Shown: positions 13,051 through 26,073 of the stretch, piece after piece
Layout of the letters: each line of letters opens with the position of its first letter
Position numbering within the stretch: the stretch's first letter is position 1
DNA from: Moniliella sp. 'wahieum'
Lineage: Eukaryota
Length of the DNA: 64,000 nucleotides
Direction: 5' to 3'
NCBI GenBank assembly: GCA_003971905.1
Contig: RSEE01000005.1
Span: forward strand, 1 to 64,000
Notes under the pieces: model-generated
Databases searched by the model: none
Told to the model about the DNA's origin: nothing
The model's input: only the letters and a program-made list of their open reading frames with translations
Translations under genes and position numbers: made by a program

Positions 13051-13530
13051 CCGCAGTGTCATCCGTATTATAGCGCCAGAAGAGTTGTATGGCGTGGAAT
13101 AGACTGAGGTACTGCTGCCAGACAAGAAGAACTGCTGCAGCTCCGCAGAGGCGACGGACTACTGCTCGTGGTATTGACCATTGTGATCTTCCTAGGTGGG
13201 CCAGACAGCTTGATCGATCAAAGGCGTAATACAGCGCCTCCTCGACAACCGATCCAGATTATGTTCGGCACCAAAGCAGTAGCAATAAATTCAGAAGATT
13301 GATCCCGGATATCCCGGCTCTGAGTTCTATCTCCGAACGATGAGGAGAGTAGTCTGCAGGACATGTGTATTTTCCACCCCCACAGTTAAGTTCCGTTTAG
13401 TTCCCCTTCCCCAGACTACCTTACCCACCGCGTCAGCAACGTAACCCATCCCGTTTCTCCTATCTACGCTACTACGCGCACCATTTTCATTTCTTTCATC
13501 ACGACGAACGCGAGGTTGCGTTCAAACAAC

Positions 13531-13724
13531 ACTTCTCTTCTCTTCTCTTCTCTTCTCTTCTTCTCTCTCTTCTCTTCTCTTCCTCTCTTCTCTTCTCTTC
13601 TCTTCTCTTCTTCTCTTCTCTCTCTTCTCTCTTCTCTTCTCTCTTCTCTTCTCTTTCTTTCTCTTCTCTCTTCTCTTCTCTTTCTCTTCTCTTCTCTTTC
13701 TCTCTCTTCTCTCTCTTCTCTCTT
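13531..13724. repeat. Polypyrimidine microsatellite, (TCTTC)/(TC)n
   Basis: About 190 bp composed only of C and T. Confidence 0.97.
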
Positions 13725-14454
13725 TGGGACGAGGTGCGTGCCCACTCCGGTTAACTTGGTTCCAGCTGTTGCATTCATATCATCTACAAAGCTTCGGGCT
13801 GGGATAAAGAAACGCTGAGCCTAAACCGACCTGCACCATTTTGATGCTTGCCATTCTCGCTCCCAAACGTGTAGCGCGCGTGGATACGAATGACCACGGT
13901 ACACACGTGAACGGTGAACCGTCATCGACGTCATCTCCAATGAGACTCGTCCGTTAATTCTTTCCAATGAGCCCCAAACAACTGGCACGCCTCCTTGGTG
14001 GTATGGTATCCTCGCGCCGTCATAACTAAGGGGACGAAAGGTTCTTACGGGCGTCCTTGATACTTGACGTCCTTGGTGCATTCCGCTCGGCCCAACAGTC
14101 GATGTAGCTCCTTCTCCCGGCGTTCCAACGGCGTTGCGTTGCGGTTCGATAGCGTACCACCTTCTGGTACGGAAAAAGAAGTTTATAGTCACACGTTACG
14201 GAGCAGCCATGGAGAGAAAACGAGGGAAGCAGAGCAGCGGGCGGGCTGTTCAGCAGAGATTGGTCGAGCGTAGGGAAGAGCAGTCCTCCAGGGTGATGGA
14301 AGGGTTGGGATGGGGGTAAAGGTGACACGAGTGAAGGCGACATACATGATGTGTACGTGGTGAAGGGGGCATGCATGGGAAAAAAGTAGGGTGCAGAGTT
14401 GTGAGGCTGTTAGCTTTGACCTTTGGAATAAGATAACCTGCTTTTAACGTCGTC

Positions 14455-15521
14455 TCACGATTGATCCAAAGGTGCCGACACGAGCAGTACTCCTTCTTCC
14501 CGTCCTCCCAGACAATCCAACAGTACCGGCCGGCCCTGGCGCGGATCCATTGTGAACACGCTGGAACTGCCTGCGAACGTGGTGCCCTTTTCGTGTCCCA
14601 CTCGATCGCATGCGACGACAATGGTGCTGCGATCCGAGGTGGGGTCCGGGTGCGGGTCCGCCTCTGCGCTCCAGAGAGGCGTGCAGCGCCAAGCCCAGTA
14701 GTTGATCGTAGACGTGCTGGGCATGGAGCGGGAGGGTGGATCGTGCTTGTCTGCACGTGTCGTGGTGGTGGGGCCAGCATCGAGAGGATGGACTTCATCT
14801 TGGGGCATGGCCCAGGCCATGGGGACAGCCAGGATATGAGCGTGCACGGTAGCGGCATAGCGAGCCAGCTCAAAAGATTCGAACGGGGCAGTAAACTCAT
14901 AGGGATTCATGTCCATGCAAATGCCGACGGCAAGACGGCCAATGTCCAAGTCGATGCACTGAAACCCAGGGCCAGGGCTGGACCAGTGCTTGTCATCCTC
15001 GTAGAGAAAGTGCTTGGTGAACACATGCAGTACCTTCCCTTTCCGATCAACCAACAGCGCGGCATTGTACAGCCACTCGGTCGGCACAGGGTCAGGGGTA
15101 GGTGGTGGTGGATCCTGATCCACAGGGCGAGAATCAGAGGGGGCGCTGACGCCGACGCTCGGGGGCCAGCTCTGTGTTGCAGAGCGACACGCAAAACCAA
15201 TGAGCACATATGAGTGGAGACGCGTGGCGAGCGTCCGGGCAAGAGACAAGGTGGGTTGATTAGAAGAGGCAGCCGCATCGGTAGGCATCGGTTCGAGGAT
15301 AGACTCGATCTGCGCCCGACCCGAGAACTTGTAGCCGCCCAATGCCATCTCTGGAAGGACGAGCAGTCAACCTGCCCAGGCCGGGAGATGTCAGCGTCCT
15401 GGAGCAGCTGCTGGACGCGTGCTGCGCTTTGATGTGGGGAGGCAAACGTGGGCGCGAGCTGGACAGCTGCGATGCGTGCCTGGGGCTGGGTGGGGCGCGG
15501 TGGTGGGGGCAAGCGAGGCAT
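14455..15521 (-). CDS. NTA1: Protein N-terminal Asn/Gln amidase (carbon-nitrogen hydrolase fold)
   Basis: RIAAVQL, (LP)EMALGGYKF, LYNAALLV, KHFLYEDDKHW and GICMDMNPYEFTAPFESFELA: the E-K-C triad with the NTA1-type CMDxNPY signature. One frameshift near 15360. Confidence 0.85.
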
Positions 15522-16132
15522 GGCGGGTGGGCAAGAGCAGCGTGTAGCCGGAGAGCGGAGGGGAGGGAACGAGGAGCGCAGACAGAGCGAGTGCAAACGA
15601 GTGCGCCGGGGACCATAGGCAGCTGGCCGGCACTCGAATGAGTTTGGTGATGATGGGTACAAGGAACGCCGCCGGGTGCTAAATTACATCAGGATCGACC
15701 AGTGGCGGCCGGCACCGGATCCAAACCCTAGCACCGCGCACCAAATGGGTTTTGAGGCTAAACGTGCTAAACCAGCGCGTTTTTGGTGCGAGACGCTGCC
15801 ATCCAGACCTACGCAGGTAGAACATATACTACAGTTGCAGGTGCAGCAAGCACAGCACGTACCAGTTCGTCTACGTGATCCCATGGTCCCATGGGATGCT
15901 ACCCTCCTCAAGCACAATGTGGTCCAAGACGCAATCCATGTGCGTGCGCACGTCCCTGTCCCACTGCATGAACCCTTGCCTGGACGAGGTCTACGCGCTA
16001 CGCGTGACGCGGGCGGAGCTGGTTTGTCTGATATTGGAGCGTATACCCAACATCCAATCGACATAGACTCCAAGCTCCATTATCGAAACGGAGCCCGGAG
16101 CCCGGAGCCCTATACATGTAAGACCTGGAACG

Positions 16133-16178
16133 TGACAACCTGACAACCTGACAACCTGGACAACCTGACAACCTGACC
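16133..16178. repeat. Tandem 9-mer (tgacaaccc-like, tgacaacc-t) about x5
   Basis: tgacaacctgacaacctgacaacctggacaacctgacaacctgac. Confidence 0.85.
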
Positions 16179-16470
16179 GCAGGGGGCAAGAGAGTGGAGG
16201 TTGGACTTGTGCAAAAGGGGGTACCGGGTATGATACGAGGTTTGGGGGGGGGGACAGTACCCGTGTATAGCGAGAAACAAGGTTACCCTGCCCCTTTGAA
16301 GCTTGACCGGTGACCACAGACAGGTGAGCAGTGCCGGTGAGGACTGAGGCCGGGAGAGGGGTACCGGGTACGGGGACTACAAGTGGCCAGAAAAGCGAAA
16401 CGAAACGGCCCAAAAAAGAAAGAAAGAGAAAGAAAAAAGAACTGGTACAGTTACAGGTACAGTTAAAGAG

Positions 16471-19064
16471 TTACATGACGAGGCACTGGTTATCGTTGAG
16501 TCCCAACTCTTTACGTTCCTCTTGTTTTCGATCGCGTTCGTTCTCGCGATCTTTGGCGCGGACTTCGCGTGGGAACCAAACTTGGAGTAAGTTGGTCATG
16601 GCCGTATCGAGGTTGCGTTCGCCTGCTGATCCAACGGCGTCGATGGCGCGGCAGAGCGGGCAGGCGCGTCGACCTTGTTTTTGTAACTTGACCAAACACC
16701 GAATGCAAAACAAGTGCTGGCAGTCCAGTCGGATCGGGCGCCAGGCCACATCGAGACAAATCGCACAGGAATAGTCGTCGAGTGAAGGTAAGATAGGCAT
16801 CAGTTGATGGGTCATCAACGAAAATAAAATGTGAGCCAACGATTCGCTTTCTTTGCCAGTCGCACTCAACATGCCTCCTGGCCCTGTGAGCGGAAGGAGA
16901 GCTTCGAGCGACGGGACGCACGTCGCAATGGGCGCCAGCGCTCGTGCTCGCCCGCCCGCCCATTCAGCCCCAGTGGGCAAAGCACCTCCGCCCCGTCGAG
17001 CGCGGGCATGTGCGCCGTCAGCCCAGGCGCTTTTTTCCCCTTTCGCCGTAACAGACGAGGGAGCTTTTGGACGTCCAGCTGGGACTGGGACTCACATCGA
17101 GGTGGGGGGTTGGCGGTTGCCAGAAGCGAATCTGGGGCAATGACGCAGATACAACACCTGCCTCTCCCTCCTGCTCCGGCTCCACCTGGAAAACCGTACG
17201 GTCATGTTCGTGTTGCGCCATGAAAGCGCGCAGCCCCGTGCCGGCAGTCAAGGCGGTACGTTTGTCGTGTTTCTTGAGAATCTTGCGTGCTGCCTCGAGG
17301 TTGAGACGCTGGTACTTTTTCACATCGAGCAATGCCACGTTGAGAGTCAAAAAGTCGGTCAAGGCCTGTGCCGACCGGGGGACAACTTTTCTTCCTGCCG
17401 CACCTCGGTGAAGGTAGCCGTACTCCCGACGTCAGGTAGGCCATGCAAGCTGGATGCGACCTGAGCGGTACCGGCCTCTGCACCCGAGGGCGGTGGCAAC
17501 ACATCCTTCGTCGCTACGCGAGAGGGCGTGATGGGACCCTGGAGCCAGCCACGACGGTAGAGTTGGTTGGCAAACCCAATCAACCGACGCTCCGATTCGT
17601 CCGCATCCAGTTCCCCGGCATCCTTCTCGCGTGTTGATTCAAACACTTGCAAGTCGGTGTACAGCTGGAAGATGGCGCCCAAGTGTAGAGGTCCGATTGG
17701 GCTCCGTAGGGAGCTGGCTTGCGCAATGGCTTTGGTCAAGCGTTCGGTGGCGGTGACAAACTCGGTGCGTTGCAGTGCCTGTACACTCTGCACTGCCACC
17801 AGGGCCGAAGTGAACAGGGTCAGGAACAGTTCGTCTGCCACGAGAGGAATCGTCATCTCTCTCACGCGCACGCGCCGGTCGTGCGGACCAGTTGCTGTTC
17901 TCCTCGAATTCGTACTGGGGTGAGGAGATGGGGGAGCTGCTGGGGTGCCAGCGGGGTGGTGTGAAATTGGAAGGGGGTCGAGGTGAACTTCTCATCACTT
18001 GTACTGGATGGCAGGGAGACTGTGAATACTGTGGAGGGGGAGAGGGGACGACGTTGTGTAAAGCAGGGGTCGGCACAACCCGTCTGGCGCGTGGTCCATC
18101 TCCGAATCGCCTTCCCAGTCGGTCTCAGCGCCGGCTCGCAATACGCCTGGGTGTTGCCATAGCGAGTGTCGTAGCGACACGCCGCGTGGACCGGCCACGT
18201 CGGCCCTCCTCGTCGGTGGTAGGCAACTCGCGCATCAAAGCACGTGGAGAAGCGGCGGAAGGTACGGCCTTCATCGTTTCGTTGTCCATCCCTTCCTCTT
18301 CGTCCGACGAAGTGACAGGCGACTCGATTGTAATGCGAATACGGGGGACGGGATGTTCGGTAGTACCTCCCAGCTCGTAGGCGGCATGGGCTCGGCGTCC
18401 CTCGCTGCCCTCGACCCAATCGGTCTGGTCCATCACCACTTCCTCCACCTCCTCCCCCTCCTCCACCTCCTCCTCGTCGCAATCCGCCGCTCGGCGGCGG
18501 CAGCCGAGTGGAATGGATAAGGGTCAGGGGCGTCACATACGCTGGTTTGGACGCGGGACCGAGAGCAAGAAGTTGGTCGTGTGCTGGCCCAGCTGCTGTG
18601 AAGCTGCGACGAGGAGGTGGAGTAGTGGGTGGGAGGGGGCGAAGCGCCGCTGTCGGTAGCGGAGAAGCGTGAGGATCGGTCTTCGGGTCGAAGGGAGCGG
18701 TCGCGATGGTGGGCGGAATGGGGAAGGGACTCGAGCCAGTCTTTGGCGCTGGGTGCGGGTGTGGGGCACCGGCGGGGAGCGCGGCGTGCTGGCAAGCATC
18801 CGCAAGTGGCGCAGATGCCGAGGCAGGAGACACATGCTCAGGCGAAGACGCAGGCGGAGCGGATGTGTTTTGGGCGTCCTTGATGCGCTGCTGCTCCACC
18901 AGCAGCTCGCGCAGCACGGCGGCCGACAGCCCCAGGGACTCGAGCTCGGCCACGACACCGTTGATGAGTTTTTTGAGCTGCTTGTACTCGATGGCGCCGC
19001 GGCGCCAGCGCTCGGGGAAGGAGGGGGAGGCAATGGTCTCCTGGTAGGACTTGCCGAACTTCAT
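16471..19064 (-). CDS. SPX-domain RING E3 ubiquitin ligase (fungal Pqr1 / plant NLA-type architecture)
   Basis: SPX start MKFGKSY...AIEYKQLKKLI, SPX end LNLEAARKILKKHDKRTAL and C3HC4 RING CAICLDVAWRPIRLDCQHLFCIRCL...CPLCR. Ends CLVM*. Frameshifts join four ORFs. Confidence 0.92.
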
Positions 19065-20235
19065 CGCGGCATGAGGCGGGGGTGGGGGTGGGTGGAGGCG
19101 GGGGGAAGGGGTTGCGAGGCGAGCAAGGGGTTACGGGTTAAGCCACATGGCCTGGGGGCGACCGAGTGGTCATGCGCAATGCCGCCTGCCGCCTGCCTGC
19201 ACTACGCCGGCTGTGCTGAGGAAACAGCGCTCGGGTCTGAGTCGGCAGTCCTCCGTAGCGGGGTTGGGCGGCGGGCGGGGTGTAGGGTTGGGCGGCTGCC
19301 GCGGCCCATCGCCGCGTGGGTGCAGGGCTCATGCATCCGACATCCCCACACTGCTGCGGTGCAGCCCCTGCTACGCATGCAGGCAACATGCTGCGTGCCT
19401 GGCCGGCAGGAACAGCATAACCCGCTGCCCTGCGCCACACCCCCGTCTCTCGCCCCCGTGCCTGTGCCTGCCCGCCGCCCCTGGGTCGCTGGAGGCGCCA
19501 CGCGGCGCACCCACATGCACTTCTGTCGTTCATAGACATTGGCCCCTTTCACGTCATTCATATACGGTGTGACATGTGACAGCGCCTACAACGGTATGGG
19601 AAAGGAGACGGAAAGCGACACAGCGGGGCGAAGAAGAAGAGCAATAAGTACGTTTGCTACTACTAGTAGTCTAGTCTGCGCTTGGTCATCCGTCCATGCA
19701 CACTGCACACCGTTCAATCCTACACCTCTCACTGCTTATAGCAACAATAAAGAAGGGATGCTAAAGGAATGCATGTGAGCGTGTAAGCAGTCTTCATAGT
19801 GGCGGTACAATAAACGTCAAAGGGTAAGGGTAGCATTCTCAGCGCCGTCTTCTTCGTAGACCAGAAGACGCACATCAGTGTTCGCCAGAGGATCAAAAAC
19901 CCATAAAAACACCGTAAGGCTCGCAAAAGAACCATTGCACAGGCGCTCGGCCAACACGCCTCTCTTCAATTCACTCAAATAACCGGCGAGAGAGTCCAAA
20001 CGTCCATCACATCATGTAGAAAACTTGAAAACCCCACAATATGGGTCACAGAACAAGGAGGAAACGCAAAACTAGGCTTCCTGTACCTCGGTGTGCGGGG
20101 GGCGTGCGCGCTCAAGGATCCCCAAGGGCTGCGTCGAAGCATCACCAAGTGGAGGGACGGCGGGCAAATTCTTCCCGGGACCCATTTGATCTTGAGCAGC
20201 CGTTGCGACCTCACCATCAGAGGGGGCCAGAGAAG

Positions 20236-23233
20236 CTAGGTTGGGTAGGGGACCAGAAGGCGGACCAGCAGGCGGACCAGCAGGCGGACCAGGAGGAAGT
20301 CCGCCTGGCCCCACACCCGCGCGAGCGGCTTTACGCATCTGGATGGCATTCTTTGTTCGCGCCAAACGAGTAAGGGAAAGAGGGCGAGGAGAAGGACGAG
20401 CCAAGAGACCAAGATGATCCAGCTGATGAAAATATCGATCCCTTTCCCCTGGGAATAGAGCAAGACGAGAAACGCTTTGCGCAAGTTATAAAAGGGCATG
20501 GCGTATGAGATGCGGTAAAACGTGTTGAGCATCGGGATTGGGTACCCGCTCCCGAGACGTTGAGGATGACAAGGAAAGCATCCAAACGCCACGAATTTAG
20601 GCCCGAGGATCTGCAGGGCCACCTCGGTGCACAGACCGAGGACCATCATGCCCGTGTACATAATGGCAAAAAAGGCAAAGAACCCACCCGCACCGTATCC
20701 CCGGAAAGAAACGTGGAATGGGAGGTTGACCAAACTAAAGAGAAACGCTACCAAGAAGTTGGTGGCAAGAGGGATGAGCAAGCGCAACAAGAGCAAGTGC
20801 TTGAACTTGAGAAAGGGAAGAATCGGTTGCCGAGCACCAAAGAGGGCCATGGTAATGTTGAATGCCAAAAGCAAAAGATAGATCAACCCGACAAACGTAG
20901 TGGCAACCGTGACGGATTGATCAAACTCATTGACGTCAATCTCGGAAAAGTCAACCGCGTGGCCAATCGTCTGAGGCGAAGCGAGGGCCAAGTTGATATT
21001 GTTCCGTAGAGTCGCATCGTCATTGTCGGCTACCCTGTTGCCCAGCCAGGTGGCAGTGATGTTCAAGTTGAGCGCATTCATACTCTCGACCAAAATCTTT
21101 TTGTGGGGGCTACAACCTTTTCTTGTACGGCTTGGTAGTTGCGTGCAGTGGCGTACCAGATGGTCACTACATCTTGGGGTTCCCATAAGCCATTGCCAGT
21201 TGTCTGAGCATCAAGCAGAGCGGTTGTTGCATTGTCCATAATCTGAACGATGATCCAAGCCTTTTGGTCGGTCTTGAGGGCTTTAATGATACTGTCGTTG
21301 TCGGGGAACACGCTCCGTGAACACGGCTCCCAATGGAGACGTTCGGTATTGGACTTGTTATCACGACTATTCAGAAAAGCGTTTTCGAATGTAGAACCAA
21401 TCTGGTAGTGGGGGGGATCGCCGTTGATCACGAATCCGACCAGCTCGCGACTGGTGAGCTTGTACAACGATCCCCACTGTGTGTATGCGGGAGCGTCAGC
21501 TTTCACATTTCCCACATAATAAACAACAGTACAAAAAGACGAAGCGTATGCCCACTGAAAAGGAAATGATACTTACAAAGATGGGCACGATGCCCCAAAC
21601 GACAACGATGGAAAGAACAGCAATGAATGGCAGGTAACCATTGAAGATGGGGCGGAAAAGAGGGCGTAACTTGGGGTCGAACAAGTCATGACTTCCAAAT
21701 TCAAGAGGTGGTTTCCCTCCAGGTGGACCGCCGGGGAGAGGGGCTCCTCCAGGGGATGAGCTTCTGAAGGGCCAACAGGCTTGCTGTCCGACATGGACCT
21801 CTTGTGCCCTGCGGGGGCTACCAGGGTTGCCATACTAGACCGATGGGCTGACATGAACGACTTGGTATTGGTGCCCGGGTCCAGGAGAGAGGCGAGAGAT
21901 TTGCGGTGAGAATCGACCAGTGTGGCCGTTGAGGCCCGAGCATGAATGACGGAAGAACGGAGCAACCCTCTGGACTCGCTTGGCGTTGTCACACCAGACC
22001 CGGAACGGGAAGTGAGTGGAATAAGAGGAAGATTGGTTGGATCTCCCTCACTGTTGGGGAGGGGGGTTCCCGTCGCTCTTGCGGGAGAAGGTAGGAGACG
22101 CGCCTTGATGAACGTGGTGTTGCATTGGAAGCTGACGAAGTTAGTTTAGCAAGTGCCGACGCTTGCTGTGTCTCAGTATTCTCCAACGCATCACGCAGGG
22201 CATCAGCGGCGAGATTGTTGAGTGCCATACCACTCGGTACTTCTGGCAAGGTTGAAGGATGGAGGCCTATAGGGGAATCGAGATTGTTTACCGCCCAAAC
22301 ATTGCTGGTCGAGTTCGTTGTGGCGGGAAGGCGATCGTTCAAAGGTGACGGAAGCTGGTGTTGGTTCGAAAAGACTCCTTCGGATCCTTCCATAAGGTGC
22401 GGCTTAGATTGTTCATAGTGAGTCAGAGAGAAAGCAGCGCTTTCTTCGGTAGGCCGCTCAGACGGTGGTAGATCGTAGTACTTCCCAGTCTGTGTCCATG
22501 TGTGTGGGCCAGCATGCTCAGTAGGCCAAGTCGCCAAAAAGCCAGACAATCTGGTCCCAGGAGAAGAGCTCCCTGACGGTACGAGTGGTACATTTCCCAC
22601 ACCAATTTGAAAAATTCGTTGGCCAATTGACTCGTTGTACTCAAATCCCACCTCGGCAGTTTCTTGCTGGGCGTCCGAAGATGACGCTTGCACCGTCACC
22701 AATTGAGGAAGGATGGACCGTATCGGCATGGCAGTCACAGGGGACGGATGGGTCACTACTGATTCAAGTGACAAGTCCTCAATCGCCGAGGTGGGCGCTA
22801 GAGAAATGCTTCGTGGAGAGAGGGGTTCTGGTCCATGGACATAATTGACATGGAGATCAGCCGTCTGGATGGCCAGCAGACGAGCTGGCTCTTGTTGCGA
22901 CTGCCGCAGGGGTCCCGGATCAGGCGTTTCAGGGAAAGAGGCGGGTACAAGCTGATCTCTTATCTCATTGACCGCCGAGCGCGATGACGAAGCAGATGAG
23001 GATGGGAAGACAGTGCTGTGAGCGGCACCCCACGGCACTGGGGGTGCGAGGTCAGGTTCCTCCGCCACAGCAGTGGAGTGGACCGGGCGGGGAGTGTTGG
23101 TCGTGCTGCTGGTGACGGTGGCAGTGGAGGAGGAGGATGAGTGCTGGTGACCATGGGCCCGCTGGACCGCTGCGGACAGACTGGCAAGCGGTGACGACGC
23201 AGAAGCAGAGGGAAGGGGTGCTGGACGGGACAT
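20236..23233 (-). CDS. SNG1/DUF3533-family multi-pass membrane protein with long low-complexity N-terminus
   Basis: VVWGIVPIF|WGSLYK (intron about 21490-21575), WYATARN, VATTFVGLIYLLLLAF, GFFAFFAIMYTGMMVLGL..E, FYRISYAMPFYN. The 3' end is uncertain because of frameshifts. Confidence 0.78.
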
Positions 23234-24178
23234 GATGACGCGCAAAGACCAGGTGGCGGTGGTGTCGTCGGAGAGGCAGACTGCCCGGTATTTTAAGCGT
23301 GAAGAGGCTTCAACATCCGCTGACCAGCGCAATAACGCAGGGATGAGTGGGAGGTGGGCGCCCGTCAGCCAGCCGTGGGTCTCCGGCGACAGGAGCCCCC
23401 CAGCGCTGCTCAAATGGCCCAAAGGCCAAACGCCAAAAGCTAAACGCCAAACGCAAGGCATGGTGCGCAGCTCGGCTCGCTTATGTTCTCTTCGGCGTGC
23501 TCGCGTAGTAAATCCTGCTCTCGGCGATCGGGGGTTCGCAGTTGCCGGGGATGCGCGCTACGCGCCAATATAGCCACCCTTTTCTCTTTCTCTTCCCGTT
23601 GGCCCCTGCCATCCAGTACTGCGCTACCGGTGTTCTCCATCCATGTTCGGTATAGGTCGGGTACCCGAATGTGGGAGGAAGCAGGACAACAACTCCGAAT
23701 GGTATAGGCCTCAAGTCATGACTGGTGGCAGGTTGCACTATTATACTAGTACGCAGATCCCACTCTCTCCTGCTACGTTATATACGAGCCACGCTGACTC
23801 GTCAACTAGCCAGAAAATGTATGAAGATGCCGAGGATGCCAATTATGCCGATGGTGACCATAATGCCATGTGGCCATACAAGCGACAGGAGCATCCCCGA
23901 AGAAAAAAATGTGCACCACAAAGTCAAATGATAGGAGAAAACGACCCTCTTATAGTCCGGCAAGCCGACCCAAGGACGAAGCAAAGGAGGGGGGGGGGGG
24001 GGGGCAGATAAGTTGGACATGCATGAAATATTGCCTGACGGAGCAGGTCCAGCCCAGCCGATCGTAGCCCATTGCATAGCCAGGCGGGAAGGGAGAGATG
24101 TAGTTGAATAATTAAGGGACAAAAAAAGTGAATGAGAGTGAAGAAACAAAGTGACCAACAATAACCGGTAACCGACGA

Positions 24179-25347
24179 TTAAAACGAGAAGACGCCTTTG
24201 GACCGGGTGCGCGAGCCGCCAAACACAATAAAGTTGACTGCCGAAGCGCCAAACAAGCCGACGCTCAACCCCATCGCCGTCGAGATGAGCGTTTGAGCTA
24301 CCTGGAATCCGTTCTGGAACGTAGTGGCGGTTGTGGTGGATGAGTTGCTCTGGGCAAAGAGGAGTAGACCACCACCGTTGCCCAACCCCGAAGGCAGCTG
24401 GTACAACATCCCGGGCACACTCACCACAAACACGCGTCCATCAAAGAAGCGGCCATAGAGGGATGCCAGCACACCCACTGCCAAGCTACTCAGCATGGCC
24501 AAAAAGTCCGAACGGTTGGACAAGGCGGGTCGTTTGCCAGCAAAGTGCCTTACCACCCACCCGATCGCTGCGATGGCTACCATCACGGGGAACTCTTTGC
24601 GCGTCGGCTTGGCTTGGTTGCGCAGCGAAACACAGATGCTGTACGCGGGCACCACGAGGAAGGCCCAGTACAAACTCACCGTGTCCCGCCACGGCTGGCC
24701 CGGGTGGTTCTGCATGGCCTTGCAGGTGGCCGTGTTGGAGGACAAGTTCATTTCCTGGGACGAAACCAAGGTCCACAATGCCGATCCGATCGAGAGCCCA
24801 AACCCTAGATTCGAGGCGGAGTTAGCACGTTTGTCCACGCTACAGAAACATAAGGACAACGACGGGTACGCACCAAGAAGCATACTGTAGATGCATGCCC
24901 AGACCAAATGGACACTTCCGGCCATAACAGATTTGCTCTGCAGTTCCAACGCCGCCGTCAAAAATAGGAAACCAGGCAGGATGAGCACAACGGCACCGCC
25001 GGCCACGGCGCCATAACACCAGTACCCATTGCCACCGTTGAACGCGGCTGCCGCCACAAAGGAGGCGAGACAGGCCATCATGATTTCCACTCCGCTGGAC
25101 AACACGTCCGAAGTGAGGAACTGTTGGGCGATGATGACCAGCGCTCCAAGGGGCGCGGGGGCGAAGGCGGACCGAGGGGCCGGGGCCCAGCTGGGAGAAG
25201 GCGTGCGTGACACCTCCTTCCCCTTGTCGGAGGAGGCGGGGGAGGCGAGCGTGGGGGGCACGAGCTCGGGGATGGCGGGAGCTGACGCCGGCTGGTGGGG
25301 AGCTGAGTCGGCATGGGCCAGCTGATCGGGATCGGGGATGCACTCAT
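24179..25347 (-). CDS. PRM10-like ThrE/DUF1212 (threonine/serine exporter family) membrane protein
   Basis: VLILPGFLFLTAALELQSKSVMAGSVHLVWACIYSMLLG|FGLSIG (intron about 24810-24872), VPGMLYQLPSGL, MGLSVGLF. The N-terminal part of the domain appears to be missing. Confidence 0.82.
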
Positions 25348-26073
25348 GCGGGCAGTGGTGGGGGCGATGGGGAGAGGGAGGAGTGCGAGCGCCCCCAACA
25401 CAAAAGACGGACGGGGTGTTGGGGCTGGGGGCGCGCTGGGGTGCCAGAGTGGAGTCGAGCGGGAGGGTGGGATGGCCGGGTGTGGGATGGCGCGAGCGAC
25501 GACGAAGGCCAGTGGGTCTGTGCGGGGAGAAGGAAGCAGGCCTGGCGAATATATGAGGCCTCCGTATCCTATGCCTATATCAACGTCAGTGCGGCCGATA
25601 ACCCCTCGGCTGTCTCCCGCATGGGACCAGCCACCGTGGAGGGATGGGGCCTGGGGCGGCACGACGCTCATTAATCATTTTCTCTCGGGGTCCCTGGCGC
25701 TGCGTGTGGGCACTGGGCAAGTGTGCGGCCCATCCAGTGTCTCCAGTGTCAGTGCTCAGTTTGGCTTGGCACATTTCCCTCACTCGTGTGTGCTGCCCCC
25801 ACTTGCCACCGCGTGCTGGCTGTATCATGTACCATCGCCACCGACCAGGTCGATCAGCTTGCCCGCCTGCCAGATTGGGCGTGGATCTGGGCCTTGGCGC
25901 CACCTGCACGCAACCATGAGCCACCCCGCTCCCCACTACCCGCGCAGAGTGGGGGCGCCTGCGCAAAGGGCCTGCGCTGTGCGCTGTTACCTGTCTGCTA
26001 CATACCCATGGCGCTACTACCCCAGCCCCACCACATCCACACAATCCACACGCCAAACATGAGTCCGAGCCAG

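Noticed and set aside
13464..13818. ORFs of 100-104 aa rich in E/R/K or S/L/F
   Set aside because: They are translations of the CT microsatellite.
16133..16178. CRISPR-like or telomeric array
   Set aside because: It is a short tandem repeat without spacers and not TTAGGG-like. The context is eukaryotic and no cas genes are present.
14455..19064. NTA1 and SPX-RING as part of a ubiquitin-pathway cluster with the F-box/UBL locus
   Set aside because: They are ordinary conserved genes about 20 kb away, with unrelated genes in between.
18669..19572. Long overlapping or antisense ORFs here and at 25313-26062 and 33394-34268
   Set aside because: Shadow ORFs expected in high-GC DNA, with no recognisable motifs.
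20259..20294. (gcggaccagcag) x3 giving a LLVR repeat in the SNG1-like tail
   Set aside because: It lies in a frameshifted 3' end. The reading frame is uncertain, and it may be slippage or an artefact.
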